Assembly (NCBI GenBank): GCA_951406725.2
Contig: CATOCA020000001.1
Span: forward strand, 7,874,001 to 7,938,000
Length of the DNA: 64,000 bases
From: Octopus vulgaris
Lineage: Eukaryota
Direction of reading: 5' to 3'
Shown: positions 27,189 to 42,974 of the stretch, in pieces
Numbering within the stretch: position 1 is the stretch's first letter
Layout: every line of letters begins with the position of its first letter
Translations under genes and position numbers: made by a program
The notes under the pieces: generated by a model
Database searches by the model: none
What the model saw: the letters and a program-made list of their open reading frames with translations, nothing else
What the model was told of the DNA's origin: nothing

Positions 27189-28613
27189 AAAACACATTAA
27201 ATATTCTAACAATGTTGCAATTATCTCATTTAATTAACACTTGATGACAGTTTTCTCTTAGCTTTGTCTTTCTTTTCTTATAACTGTGCCAAATCTATGG
27301 CATGGCACAGTCCTCTCATCTCTAGAATTCACTAATCAACATTCCTCTCTAATTAAGTAAAACTGAGCCCATAAAGATGTCCTTTATGTGCATACCCTCC
27401 ACCCGCACACAATCTGTCCCCTAAAAACATCTCCACAAGCCAAATTCCATACACCCTTCCCCAACATGATCCCTAACAAGATATAAAATGTAAGGTGAGG
27501 GTACACGATGTTCCTATGACAAAATAAGTTTACATTTCAGACATACAAATGTAAGAGAGTTAATGAATTATAGCTTATTAATTATCATGATAATTGGGTA
27601 TATATGTGATACAATGGCACTGTGCTTGACGGTGCAATACTAGATATCAATATAGATTGTATATAATCTGAGTAAAGAACATATAACCTTCATTACTATG
27701 AATATGATTGTGTCTCAGCACAGCTAATATTATGGTAGTTCCATGAGCAAACGAAGAAAGATATAACCAAGTCCACTGCCAAATACTAATGATTAATTCA
27801 TTTCCTGGTCAAATAACAATGACTATCTTTCATTAAATAATTTGAACGCAACAATCAAGACCAAAGGGTGAAACACTCAGAAAACTGTGCCTCTTTTAGC
27901 ATTAATATCATCTAAAATCTAACAAGAGTGAGAAAAAGAATGACTATATGGATGGTAAATGTTGTTCAAACAATGTAATAAGTGTATATTATATATAGTT
28001 ACAAAGAAGGATTTGTGTATTCAAGTCAATTCAATTTCTGATTGTATATTTTGTATAAACACCAATAATTTGTTTAAATATAAACAGATGTTCACGGTTC
28101 AATACTAAATTTAACATTTAATAAAATTAAGTTCATGATGAATATTCTTATACAGAGTTAACATTTAATTATAATTTTCTAATTTGCAACTACAAAATGT
28201 ATTCTAACCAGAGACATTCAGGGTACACAACCCCAGAAAATACAAAATATTACGACAGACATCTGGCTACATAACAACATCAAGAATAACCTATCAGAAA
28301 ACTTACGAAAAATCTTAGTAGAAAAACAAACAACTATTTTATTAACTCACGAGTTTACACCTAAAAAAAATAAATTATAGTTCCATAGAAGACAATATTA
28401 ACTCTATTGTGGCTTTTAATTTATCCATTTACCAAACATGTTAACCATGACTTTATGAAATTTCAGTAATATTTTTAATACAATTACTTTAGAGCTAACC
28501 TTTCAAATGGAAATTAGAAATGGGATTTGTTCTCCACCATTCTAATAAGCAAAATAGCTGAGGTGAATGTAAAATCTATAGAAATTCATTAAGATCTCTA
28601 ATTTTAAACTCAT

Positions 28614-28664
28614 CAACTGTCTCTGCCACAGTCTGCACTCCCTTCTCTTCAAACTTTGGACTCT
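28614..28664 (-). pseudogene. 51-nt microexon ESPKFEEKGVQTVAETV, donor mutated (ATGAGT)
   Basis: Acceptor and frame match the sister microexons, but AT replaces the donor GT. Confidence 0.7.
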
Positions 28665-29780
28665 CTGAAATATGTGTTTCCAAGTTTTATAGTTATTTAT
28701 AGCACAATTTCTTCATATTTATTAATAATCTATATTTTATTATTGAGAGACATTCATATCATCAATGGCCAACCAGCGATCATAATGCTTTTGGTCAATA
28801 TTTTTATACTTTCAACAGTGGACCCATGTAATAGCCAATATTTAGCTCCAAAACGAACTCTAGTTGATCTTTGTAAATTTCCTCTCTCTGTTAAGATATC
28901 CTACATAATCTAACAATGCTGTAATTATATCACTTAATTATCACTTAATAACAGTTTATCTGTAGGCTTTGGTTTCCTTGCTTATATCTATGCCAAATCT
29001 ATTGCATTTTCAAAACCCTGATCTTCACTAACAACCTGTTTGATTCCAGTGTCAAGAAATTTATTCATCAAAGATATAACAACAAACACATGTCACAACC
29101 ACTTCAAGAAGGAGAAACATACACCTAATCTCTTTGTTAAACATTGTTGCTGATAATCCCTAATTTTAACTTCACAGTTCACCAGAATGTCATCTCATTC
29201 AGGATATATTTGAAGGTTTCATGATCTGGTTGCTTGACAAACAAAACTGTCTCTATTAGCCTTAATACCCTCCAATTACAAACATAACAACATGGAATTG
29301 TGTGTTAAAGTCTCTCAAACTAGTGACATATAATTTTACTCCTTTAAAATATTCTACTAAATTTAATACTTTACCAAAGATGACACTGATGTCCTTGTAA
29401 GTACTGTTGTATTTAATTATCTTCTAATAACTCATAATTATCTTCTAATAACTCATAATTAATTATAGTGTTGATGGAGATTTATTGATACTTCAGTTAC
29501 TCACTAATTATCTTGCAGAATCGTCCATTATCTTTATGTTGCAGACTACAACCCTCTTGAAGTGTGACATGTTTCCTACTTGGATAAAATCAATGTTTAG
29601 TGGATGTAGTGTGAGAGATATACTATTACAGAGAACAGACACTAGGAACACCTTTTATCATAAATCTGCCAGATTATGGCAGACCTCTGTCTACATAACA
29701 ACATGAAGTATATTATTCTACACAATAAGGGCAATGGGACAAGCAGGACAAACAGACAGATCAGCAAAGAATATTCTTAC

Positions 29781-29921
29781 CAACTCGACCTCTGCTTGTT
29801 ACAGGTTTCAAACACCTCAGGCATCGTTTAAGTGGAACGTTTGAACATTCTTCACATGTCAGAAGGTGTTCACAGGGATGAACTTTTGTTGTGGCCGTCT
29901 TTATTTCTGCACAACAAACAT
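29781..29921 (-). CDS. RING finger exon: CLLCRN/KTATTKVHPCEHLLTCEECSNVPLKRCLRCLKPVTSRGRV
   Basis: CAG acceptor at 29922-29924 and GTAAG donor. Removing one A from a run gives C-x2-C-x11-C-x-H-x3-C-x2-C-x7-C-x2-C, a MIB/IAP-type C3HC4 RING. Confidence 0.88.
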
Positions 29922-30660
29922 CTGTGGACAAAACAGAAACATCCAATCAATAACATTCATTTATAATAAATATTATATTATTTACATGTTCGGAATAGAG
30001 AATATTATAAGATACATCAGTAACTACCAAGAGTAGAGCAGAAACTCTTCTTTAAATATTTACATACATACAGCATTTTGTGTAGTTAAATGACGCAGAA
30101 ACACACACACACACACATACAAGTATACACACACATGCATACATACATTGATAAATGTTTGTCTTGACCTGATACATCATAGAAATTGGTTGACACACAG
30201 TGAACTGCATATATTCCAGAAATATATTTCACTTCTAACATCGAACTCATTTCTTCTGAACAAATATATCTACACAGGTTTCTTTATATACACATACTTT
30301 ATTATATACATCCTGTCTCCACAGATTAGCAGATGAGGTGTCCAGTACTGAAGAGTGGCAGGAATAGCCCGAAACCAGACCTGGTCTGCTGGTTCTGTTG
30401 CTATAAGATGGTAGGGGTTCGATCCCCTGCTCGCAATTAATCGGATGCACCTTTGCATCGTTAATTAGCTAGAGGAGGTGTTCTCTTGGGGTTAAACATT
30501 CGCAGTAGAGTCCATCCGAACAGATACTCATGTTGGCGTGCCTACGAATATTACTTATATATATTTTCGTCCAGCCCGTGCTATCACGGAAAACGGATGT
30601 TAAACGATGATGATGATGATGATGATATATCTATCATATATATATATATATATATATATA

Positions 30661-30957
30661 TGTGGAGGCACAATGGCCCAGTGGTTAGGGCAACGGACTC
30701 GCGGTTGTAGGATCACGGTTTCGATTCCCAGACTGGGCGTTGTGAGTGTTTATTGAGCGAAAACACCTAAAAGCTCCACGAGGCTCCAGCAGGGGGTGGT
30801 GATCCCTGCTGTACTCTTTCACCACTCTTTCTTCTGTTGGCCTGCTCGCTTAGCCAGTGGGGTGGCGTCATTCGAAGGCTAAAACAATGCGAACGCATTG
30901 TGACCGGCGATGTGTAACTACATCTGATGGACTTGTCGGTCACGTGATCACGTGATA
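30661..30957 (+). mobile_element. tRNA-derived SINE
   Basis: A-box TGGCCCAGTGG and B-box-like GGTTTCGATTCCC; inserted in a (TA)n tract. Confidence 0.75.
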
Positions 30958-31059
30958 TATATATATATATATATATGTATGCATGATAGGTTTCGGCCAG
31001 TATTAGCGCAGGTCATGTTTAACGTAATCCCACTACCGGGCGAATCAGGATGCGGACAA

Positions 31060-31470
31060 CATGACCCACTCGAGGAGAGAGTTGCTGTTTACGGGGACAT
31101 ATCCTGGTGTTGGAGTTTTATCCGGGATTTCTTGAAGGATTTTTCCAAATACTTCTTGAACTTTATGGGGGTCTTTTTCTGCTTTAATGTATTTTGGTGT
31201 AATGCTAAATGGAGCGGGGCCACTTGAGGTGAAATAATTTTGCCATATTGTTGTTATGTGATGCGAGTTTGATTTATGTTGTGGGCAGATAATACGGGGC
31301 CCAGGCCTTGGGTATATCTTAAAGCTGATGCCAACATCATTTGGGCAATGCTGATGAGATATTTTCCACCATGATTTTGGGAGGCTTTATTATATGTATC
31401 GTGCATGTAGTTCTAGTTTTCTGTCCCTTATTTTGCCCCTTTCCAATAATATCAGCTGCGATCTGTAGAC
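31060..31470 (-). mobile_element. Degenerate LINE 3' fragment (Jockey/CR1 group)
   Basis: Minus-strand remnants such as KFKKYLEK..QEIPDKTPTPGY...NSNSLLEW resemble LINE ORF2 C-termini. Confidence 0.5.
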
Positions 31471-31586
31471 ATTATTATTATTATTATTGTTATTATTATT
31501 ATTATTATTAAAACATTCACATAAACGATTATTTGTAAAAGCAAATAAAATCTTCTGAAGCTTGTCAATTGAATAAAGCAGAACTG

Positions 31587-32112
31587 TTAGTTAGTTAGTT
31601 AGTTAGTTAATTTGGCTCAAAAGCAATAGCAAGGCCATGTAGGGGGACATGGAGTTAAGTACAGGGTGGTGTTTTTAAAGAGTTCAGGCCACTTGAGGTC
31701 AAGGGAGGCTTTGAACAAAGCGGTCGTCGGCATCTTCACCATCTCGTCTGGCAGCTTGTTCCACGGATCCGCAACCCGAACGGAGAAAGCTCCTCTCCTT
31801 CGATTGAGATGAAATCGTCGCAGGTAGAGCTTTTCGGAATGACCCCGCAGCCGACGCTCTGGAGCAGTTGTGAAGAACAGCTCTTTCGAGAGGTTACATT
31901 TTCCGCTTATGATGTTGTGGGCGAGAATGAGATCACCACGGCGTCGTCGTTTTTCAAGAGAATAAAGGTCGAGCGTCCTCAGCCTTTCTTCGTAGGACAA
32001 ATTTTTGAGACCATGAACCATGCGGGTAGCCAGCTTCTGGACTCTTTCGAGATGCTGTATGTCTTTGAGGAGATAAGGAGAAGAGGCTTGAATCCCATAC
32101 TCCAATATTTGT
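31587..32112 (-). mobile_element. Second, near-identical CR1-like LINE 3' end with (TAAC)n tail
   Basis: ORF 31617-32141 has the same motifs (RLRGHSEKL, FSVRVADPWNKLP); (GTTA)n at 31586-31609. Confidence 0.9.
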
Positions 32113-32846
32113 ACAGTCCAAAAATCAATATCTATAAACAATAACTGAATTTCAACAAAGAAAGTTTTGTATATTCACTGTGGGGGAAATGTGTCTGCTT
32201 CTTAAGTAGCTAATACAGAGAGATGTATGGCAAAGAAATTGCCAAATCTTATAAAATACGGGAGTCAAAGGCGACTAAAACACCTAGTAATGGTATATGT
32301 GTTACTTGAATTATTTACGTTTCCTGGCAGTTTTTTTTCTATGAAGATATGTGGCAATATTCCATCAGTATTTGCAGAAATATAATATATACACTGTTGG
32401 TGTGTGTTTGTAGGTTATTTTTCTATGAAATCATTCTTAATATTGACTGATTCGGACTTAGAAGAGTGAGAAAAAGATGTTGGTAGACAGATAAATTCCA
32501 CTTAATTCTAAGTAACAGTTTCAAAATGGAATTCATTCACTTCATTATTTAGATCTATATTTTCCTATTGATCACAAATCTTTAAAATAGGGAACGAAGA
32601 GGGGTAGGTGGGGGTGGACAGTGAAGTATAACTGTCAACACTACGAATCATGTGAATGTAATCAAAATCATGTTCTTTCTTTGATCTCCTGACAACTGCA
32701 TATTGTTTATTGTGTGGCCTTTGACAAAAACACTAGCGACAGTATAATGTATTGGTAGAATTAAAACGAAATAAACATATAAATATGATTATATACAAAA
32801 TAGAAAATGTACTGGTTTATCTGTTCCATTGCCAGGAAATACTTAC

Positions 32847-33020
32847 TGTGGTGGTAAAAATGTTTTAATTTTTTCTCAAATTTGGGTCCTTAATGAGGTC
32901 CAATGGTGTGTTATTGTTGTTGTTTTTATGGTGAAAGTCAGCTCCCTGGCTGGCGAGATATCTCGCAACCACTATACCAGAGAGCCTTTCTTCTATTTTC
33001 AGGTTAAGGGAAGTGCAGCA
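32847..33020 (-). CDS. Terminal ankyrin exon: CCTSLNLKIEERLSGIVVARYLASQGADFHHKNNNNNTPLDLIKDPNLRK/KLK/TFLPP
   Basis: TAG acceptor at 33021-33023 and GTAAGT donor. Resembles the last ankyrin repeat of MIB1/2. Two A-run deletions near the 3' end are needed to avoid a TAA. Confidence 0.85.
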
Positions 33021-33962
33021 CTACAAATGATGAAATATAAAATGATGACAATATTACACAAATATTCAAAACAAATGCCCCTAATTACACAAAAGTTCAT
33101 CTAAATTTACTCATAGGCTTGTTTATCCACTAATTAAAGCAATTACAAAGTATTGAGTTCCTACATAATCTTTAATTGAGTCCATTTCCCATTTTCATGT
33201 TTTTACTTTATTTTCAACACTGAGACACTCTCTAAATATATTGTCATTACATTGAGCAGGAGAAACCGTATTGATTAACATCAAGCTTATTGTTAATTAA
33301 TGAGTAAATATTTACTTGTCAATCACAAATATCACAATATATTCAATAGAAAAATCAAATATAGGAAGAACAAACCAACAAGAACCTATCTATATAATTG
33401 GCTTGATAAAGGCGACCATGTGGCCATAAGAAAGAGTATTGTATATTCCCGTAATCACAACATGAGAAGAAAGAACATAAGTTATATCAGAAACAAAAAC
33501 ACCTATAACATAACAAAGTCAATACCACACAGACATAACCAAACATATCAATAATGTTTCCATAATTAAGCAAGAAGCATCTTTGAATGATGACGGTAAA
33601 GTAAAGGAAGCAGGAATTAGTGTCAAGTCAGAAGAGTAATGGAGGAGTATTTTTAATCACGGACAAGTGAATTTTGGAAGAGGTGACTTGCAAGTCTACC
33701 AGATAGATGGAAGAGCATTGTAGAAAATGAAGGAGGATATGTTTTAGATTAACAGAAAAAAGTACTTTGTTTATCTTAATTTTGAAAAATATAAGAATTA
33801 TAAAAAAACTGCTTCATTTATGAGATGACAGCAAAAAGTCCAGTAGTATTGAAGTCCATACTGTTGATGACATCAGATAGCCGAATACAGTAAACGGGCT
33901 TTAAACAGCATTTTACAAGATATATACTCAAACTCAAAATCATTACTTGTGTGTGTTTGTCT

Positions 33963-33995
<33 letters not shown>

Positions 33996-34630
33996 CCTAA
34001 GTACAGAACTTAAATACTGGAAAACTCACTAAGAACCATGCTTTATTGTATTCATTCTCTAGTGTCTTAACATTGAACATTGTTATGACATGTCCACAAG
34101 AAGTCAGTGGATTCATGTCGTGTACAAGAAGTAGGATAGAGAGCAGTTTCACTCAGAATTCTTCATAGAATGGACTGGATGTATTTACCATGGCACCAGC
34201 ACTATAAAGCTCAGACATCTCTTCTATCCTGCATCATTGTTAATTGAGAATAATATCTCCTCTATTAAATAGGCCACTTCTCCGTCACATTGTGATGGCT
34301 GTGTTTATATGGCCAACAACCGAGATGGGTCACCTCTCGACCGTGGTGAGACGACATCTTTGAGAGTGAAAGGAGATGGAATATTGTTTGTTACATAATA
34401 TCACTCGGGTCATAAGGGGAGACTGGATCACGGAATGGTAATGGAGGATGGGGTTGATAGGGGAGAATTGATACATGACAAGCAAAGTTTGTCTGTCTGC
34501 CTGTCTCTCTCTCTCACACTCCCAAATATACAAAATCACACACACACACACACTCACACACACAGACACACACAGACACACACACACAGACACACACGCA
34601 TGTATATACACAAACAATTTTAAAACTTAC

Positions 34631-34839
34631 TTCGTTTAGTAAATCCAAGGGTGCATCCTCGGAATCAAACACTTCTCTTTCCACGGCCAGGTGCAAACAG
34701 CTGTTACCTTCACCATCAACAGCATTTATGTTTGCACCCAGGGCTATTAACAGGTGTGTCATTCCGAGGTGACCCTGGAAACGGCTTCAAGCAATGGTGT
34801 CCTTTTCTGATTGTTTTGAATATCCAACTGAACAGAACC
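34631..34839 (-). CDS. Ankyrin exon: GSVQLDIQNNQKRTPLLEAVS/xGHLGMTHLLIALGANINAVDGEGNSCLHLAVEREVFDSEDAPLDLLNE
   Basis: AAG acceptor after a pyrimidine tract and GTAAGT donor at 34625-34630. One 1-nt deletion near 34773-34778. The LDIQN motif resembles MIB ankyrin repeats. Confidence 0.85.
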
Positions 34840-35270
34840 CTTTGTGGAAGTAAAAATAGAAAATGAAAATTTACATGAAAATCAGGATGGATATCAATGT
34901 GTCATTATTGTCTTCTACTGTATACTTGATCAAACTGATCATGTACATTTGATGTTTGCCCGTAAAATCAACCTTCGTAAGATCCTCTAGATGTTGCTAT
35001 GAGAATGTGTTCTAGACAGGATAAAGATGTCCTAAATAGATTGTTTCAGCTTAATCTACCTTTATTCTTAACTATAGTAAGTTTTAGGGGAGCTGAACAC
35101 GAGTGAACACATGATTAAAAGATCAAGACTAGTAAAGAAGAATCAAAATTTCTAAAGTATACTTTTGATGTTGCTATAATTAATAAGAGGTTCATAAAAC
35201 TGTTGAGGTGGTTAGTGTCCACCACCATGAAATTAATACACGTGCACACACACATACACAGAGACACACT

Positions 35271-35322
<52 letters not shown>

Positions 35323-35827
35323 GTGAGAGAGAGAGAGAGAGAGAGAGAGATTTATATACATTACTGTTGGATATATAAATATATATGTTGAATGAGGAAT
35401 ATGTAAAATGAAGTTCACGAGAAAACTTTATCCATCACAACCATTGGTTTGACCCGTGTTGCATCGATTCCTTGCAGGTGGGAAAGTTCTCGGTGTCGCT
35501 TGGTATGTTGTTGTTGTCAGTAGGTTCTTGGATTATAGCATTATAGCCAACAACCTCCTGGCAACATCATGCCAAGCGAAACCGAGAATATTTAGTGAGG
35601 TTTCTTCTGTAAAACAAGACACCAGATGAGATGCATCTGCACTGGAGGATGCAACACATCCGATTATACAGTATCCAACCCACAAGCGTCCGATGCAAAA
35701 TGGGTCAATACACCATTTCCCAATACCCCATTTGTAATAAAACTCAAAAAACCGTGAAATTCCTGAGGTAGACTAAATGACAATTATATCACTACGTGTG
35801 TGTGTGTATGTGTGTGCAGATATACAT

Positions 35828-35880
<53 letters not shown>

Positions 35881-36119
35881 TACATACATACATACATACA
35901 TACATACATACATACATACATACATACATACATACATACATACATACATACATACATACATACATGTCCAGCGGATGTTGACGTAAAGTGAAAAATAGAA
36001 TATCTGGAAATAAACTGAATAATGACATATCTATGTATATATATGTTTTGATTGTAGAAAAGATAAATCCGGAGAAGAAGCACACTCTAAGATGCAGAGC
36101 AGTGTATATTTTAAAACTG

Positions 36120-36618
36120 GGGAAGGCCGGTTTCCGGGATTACCCTTGGTTTCCGGTCCAAAAAGGATTTAGCTTCAGGGCGTATCATTAGACCCCAAAA
36201 CCTGTTGGCCTAAGACCTCTTCCAAATATGGAGGGTGGAAAAGCCCTTCACCTCATACGCCTAATCCCGTCCAATAGCTTTTCCAGCTGCATACGGGTGT
36301 ATAGTTCGTTGGATGACGTGGGGATGTTATTGCTGGAGTATCCGAGGTCAAATTCTTTCATATTTATGGGAGACCCGTGGTTTCAGTGAATATGTAGAAA
36401 CGCTTCAATGGTGAGATATTTAACAGGAACCACATGGTCACTGGGATAATCTCTTGCCAGGGAGCTGAAAAGGATCGTTTGCAGAAAACGTAAATCCCAG
36501 GCTTTTCCCTTCCATATTTTGAAGAGGTCTTAGGCTAACAGGTTTGGGGTCTTACGATCCGGTACAAAGCTAAACCCTTTATTGATGGGAAACCCAGGGT
36601 AATCCCATAAACCACCCC
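36120..36618. mobile_element. MITE-like element with about 125-bp imperfect terminal inverted repeats
   Basis: 36120-36246 is the approximate reverse complement of 36500-36618 (e.g. CCTAAGACCTCTTCCAAATATGGA / TCCATATTTTGAAGAGGTCTTAGG). Confidence 0.75.
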
Positions 36619-36649
36619 AATTCTTTTTATATACATTCATATATAAGTA

Positions 36650-36680
<31 letters not shown>

Positions 36681-37082
36681 ATATAAGTGTATATGCATGT
36701 ATGTATATTTACTGATTCCTTTTTGATATCTTACTAAATCTCCTTCTCTCTTCTATAAAAAACTGTTTTGTAAATTATTGTCTTCCATACATTAACATTT
36801 TGAAAATAAAATTCTGTTCTTGTATATGTATATTGCATTGAAGAATGGATGTAAACATGATATTCTATGAACTGAGGTGCTTGTCATTTATACCTGTTTT
36901 ACTTTGTAAATTGTACGATGGCACTGTATGATTTATAACCTATACACTAATGCAGACATGTAAAAGAATTTATCAGACAGATAGATAGATAGATACATAC
37001 ATACTTACATACATAGACAAGAAGAGATATAGAGAGATAGACAGACAGACAGACAGTTAGACAGACAGACAGACAGACAGAT

Positions 37083-37159
<77 letters not shown>

Positions 37160-37160
37160 C

Positions 37161-37199
<39 letters not shown>

Positions 37200-37200
37200 T

Positions 37201-37249
<49 letters not shown>

Positions 37250-37602
37250 AAGAAATAGATAGACACACAACCATATATGGTTGTAGTGAAAGGAGCTTTT
37301 TCCCAACCATACACGGTTCTACGTTGAATCACTCTGCATGGAAACTCAGGAAAGTATATTCTACTCTTGCCTTGGGCTGAACAAAATCTATGTGTGTGCC
37401 TATGTATGTGTCTATGTGTGTGCCTATGTATGTGTGCATGGGTGTGTGTGTGGGTGTGTGTGTGCGTGTGTGTGTAGTGGTTCAGCAAAGAGGCTGAGAG
37501 GATAAGTGATATGCTTAAAATAAAAAAAAGTACTGGGATCGATGTATTTGGCTAAAAATTCGATGATGCCCCAGCATGGCCGCAGGCAAATGTCTAAAAC
37601 AA

Positions 37603-37657
<55 letters not shown>

Positions 37658-37922
37658 GATATCTGTTATATTTTGGTTCATCTCATAATGACCTTGTTTC
37701 ATTTGACCATTAAAGATATTATTATCAGTGGTGGTGGTCAGTTGGACTGTCAACACCGCTAATATCAACATGATCAATATACAATTCCTCCACAAACACA
37801 AGGTTTTGTAGTACATGTGATTAAATCTATTTCCATTATTTTACTGGTACATTGGTAATATTTATATTATACAGATCAATATAATACTGGAGAGTGTATA
37901 TAATATATATTTATTAACTAAC

Positions 37923-37957
37923 CTTTCAGCATCGCACACACCACTTTATAGTTTCGC
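37923..37957 (-). CDS. Small ankyrin-helix exon: RNYKVVCAMLK
   Basis: TTTCAG acceptor and GTTAGT donor. The phase-2 start fits, and it supplies the missing outer helix. Its end phase (1) does not match the next exon (0), implying a further small indel. Confidence 0.65.
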
Positions 37958-38416
37958 CTGAAAGTAATGGATGAGGAAAGAAAAACATGAAAAAAAAGCA
38001 AACATCACACAGCTTGAGATAATAGTTATTAGGTCATTAAAGAAAACAAATGTAATTAGGTCACAATAACTTAATTACAGCAATTATTACACACATACTC
38101 ACACACACATATATATTTATTCAATACACACTCTACACAGTAGAACAATGATATATACACACCTGAGTAAACAAAGAAATGTAAAGACATGAAAAATACT
38201 GCTAAGAATTCTGACAGCTTATATAAACATGAAATTTAGGAAGGAAAGAAGGGCTACTACAGGTAATCATATGAACCCCAGTACATGACTGGTATTGTAT
38301 TTTATCAACCTTGCAAAGATGGAAGGAGAAGTTGACCTTGGCAGGATTTGAACTCTGAACGTAAAGAGTCGTAAATAAAATAACACAATTTATTTTCTTC
38401 AAAAGTAATAAGATAG

Positions 38417-41872
<3,456 letters not shown>

Positions 41873-42487
41873 TTAGTGAGTTTTCCAGTATTTAAGTTCT
41901 ATACTTAGGCACACACACACACTGAACGTAAAGAGTCGTAAATAAAATAACACAATTTATTTCCTCTGAAAGTAATAAGAAACAAGAACAGGAGAAAAGA
42001 AGGAAGACAGTTTATTAAAGGAACCCCTGGGTATTACTGGTACAGATTATATTGACCCCAGAGTGATAGTAAATATTCTGGTAGGATTTGAACATGGAAC
42101 ATAAAAGAGACAAATGTAAATACTGTAAGGGGATGATTCTCTATTTAGCCCAGGGTCGGAGTAAATAGGGAAACTACAAAGGAGAGAGAGTGAGGAAGAA
42201 GAGAGAGAAAGTAGTTCTAGATGGGATGGAAAGAAGAAGAGAGAGGATTTGAACCTGTGACGTTGAGGAAATGGAGAACGAGATGAAGTAAAGTGTCCAG
42301 TCAGGCAACAACAATAACAATTATGGTGATGATTAATTAATAAAGTAGATTACAGTGCGAAAGAGAGAAGAAAGACAATGACCCCATGGTGGGATTATGA
42401 CATGAATGACTGAATGAAAAAGAAACAAACATTATTGAAAACATAAAAGAAACAGATTTGGATATTCCAGATCCAATGGGGACTTAC

Positions 42488-42639
42488 CTCCGAACTGCCA
42501 CATGCAGTGGTGTGTCTCCATCGTTGTCACCACATTGGCATCGATGCCATTGTGACCCAACAAAATGTCGACAGTGTGCAAGTATCCCACGAACAGGCCA
42601 AGTGCAGCGGTGTCGACCATCTTCATCTCGAGGATTAAC
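42488..42639 (-). CDS. Ankyrin exon: VNPRDEDGR/TPLHLACSW/GYLHTVDILLGHNGIDANVV/DNDGDTPLHVAVR (three apparent 1-nt deletions)
   Basis: CAG acceptor at 42640-42642 and GTAAGT donor. Ankyrin motifs are spread over three frames, and each shift is fixed by lengthening a base run by one. Confidence 0.85.
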
Positions 42640-42921
42640 CTGATAAAGAAAAGAATAAAAACATTAAAAATGGTGTCTGAAAGGGGAGTCGGGTGGTGAA
42701 GAATTAAAAGAAAAACTCACAGAAAAAGAGAAGAGAAGGAATGAAATTAATTAAACAGGTGGAATGATTGGGGTGGGGAGTAGGTAATGGAGATTTCTAT
42801 TGTATATACACACACGTGTATACACACATACATATGTACATATAAATATATTTATACACACACACACAAACACACGCATATAGGATGAATAACTCAATAA
42901 ATAAACACATAGAGCAGCAAA

Positions 42922-42958
<37 letters not shown>

Positions 42959-42974
42959 CATAGTTACATTTATT

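Larger units (their letters stand above)
19100..28050. repeat. Recent tandem duplication: four units of about 2-2.7 kb, each with one 78-nt microexon
   Basis: Long near-identical blocks (e.g. 19441-20690, 21466-23270, 24148-25370, 26604-27850) with the same SINE-like element at the same position. Confidence 0.92.

Noticed and set aside
30661-30740. tRNA gene
   Set aside because: A/B boxes are present but continue into a SINE body, and I could not fold a convincing cloverleaf.
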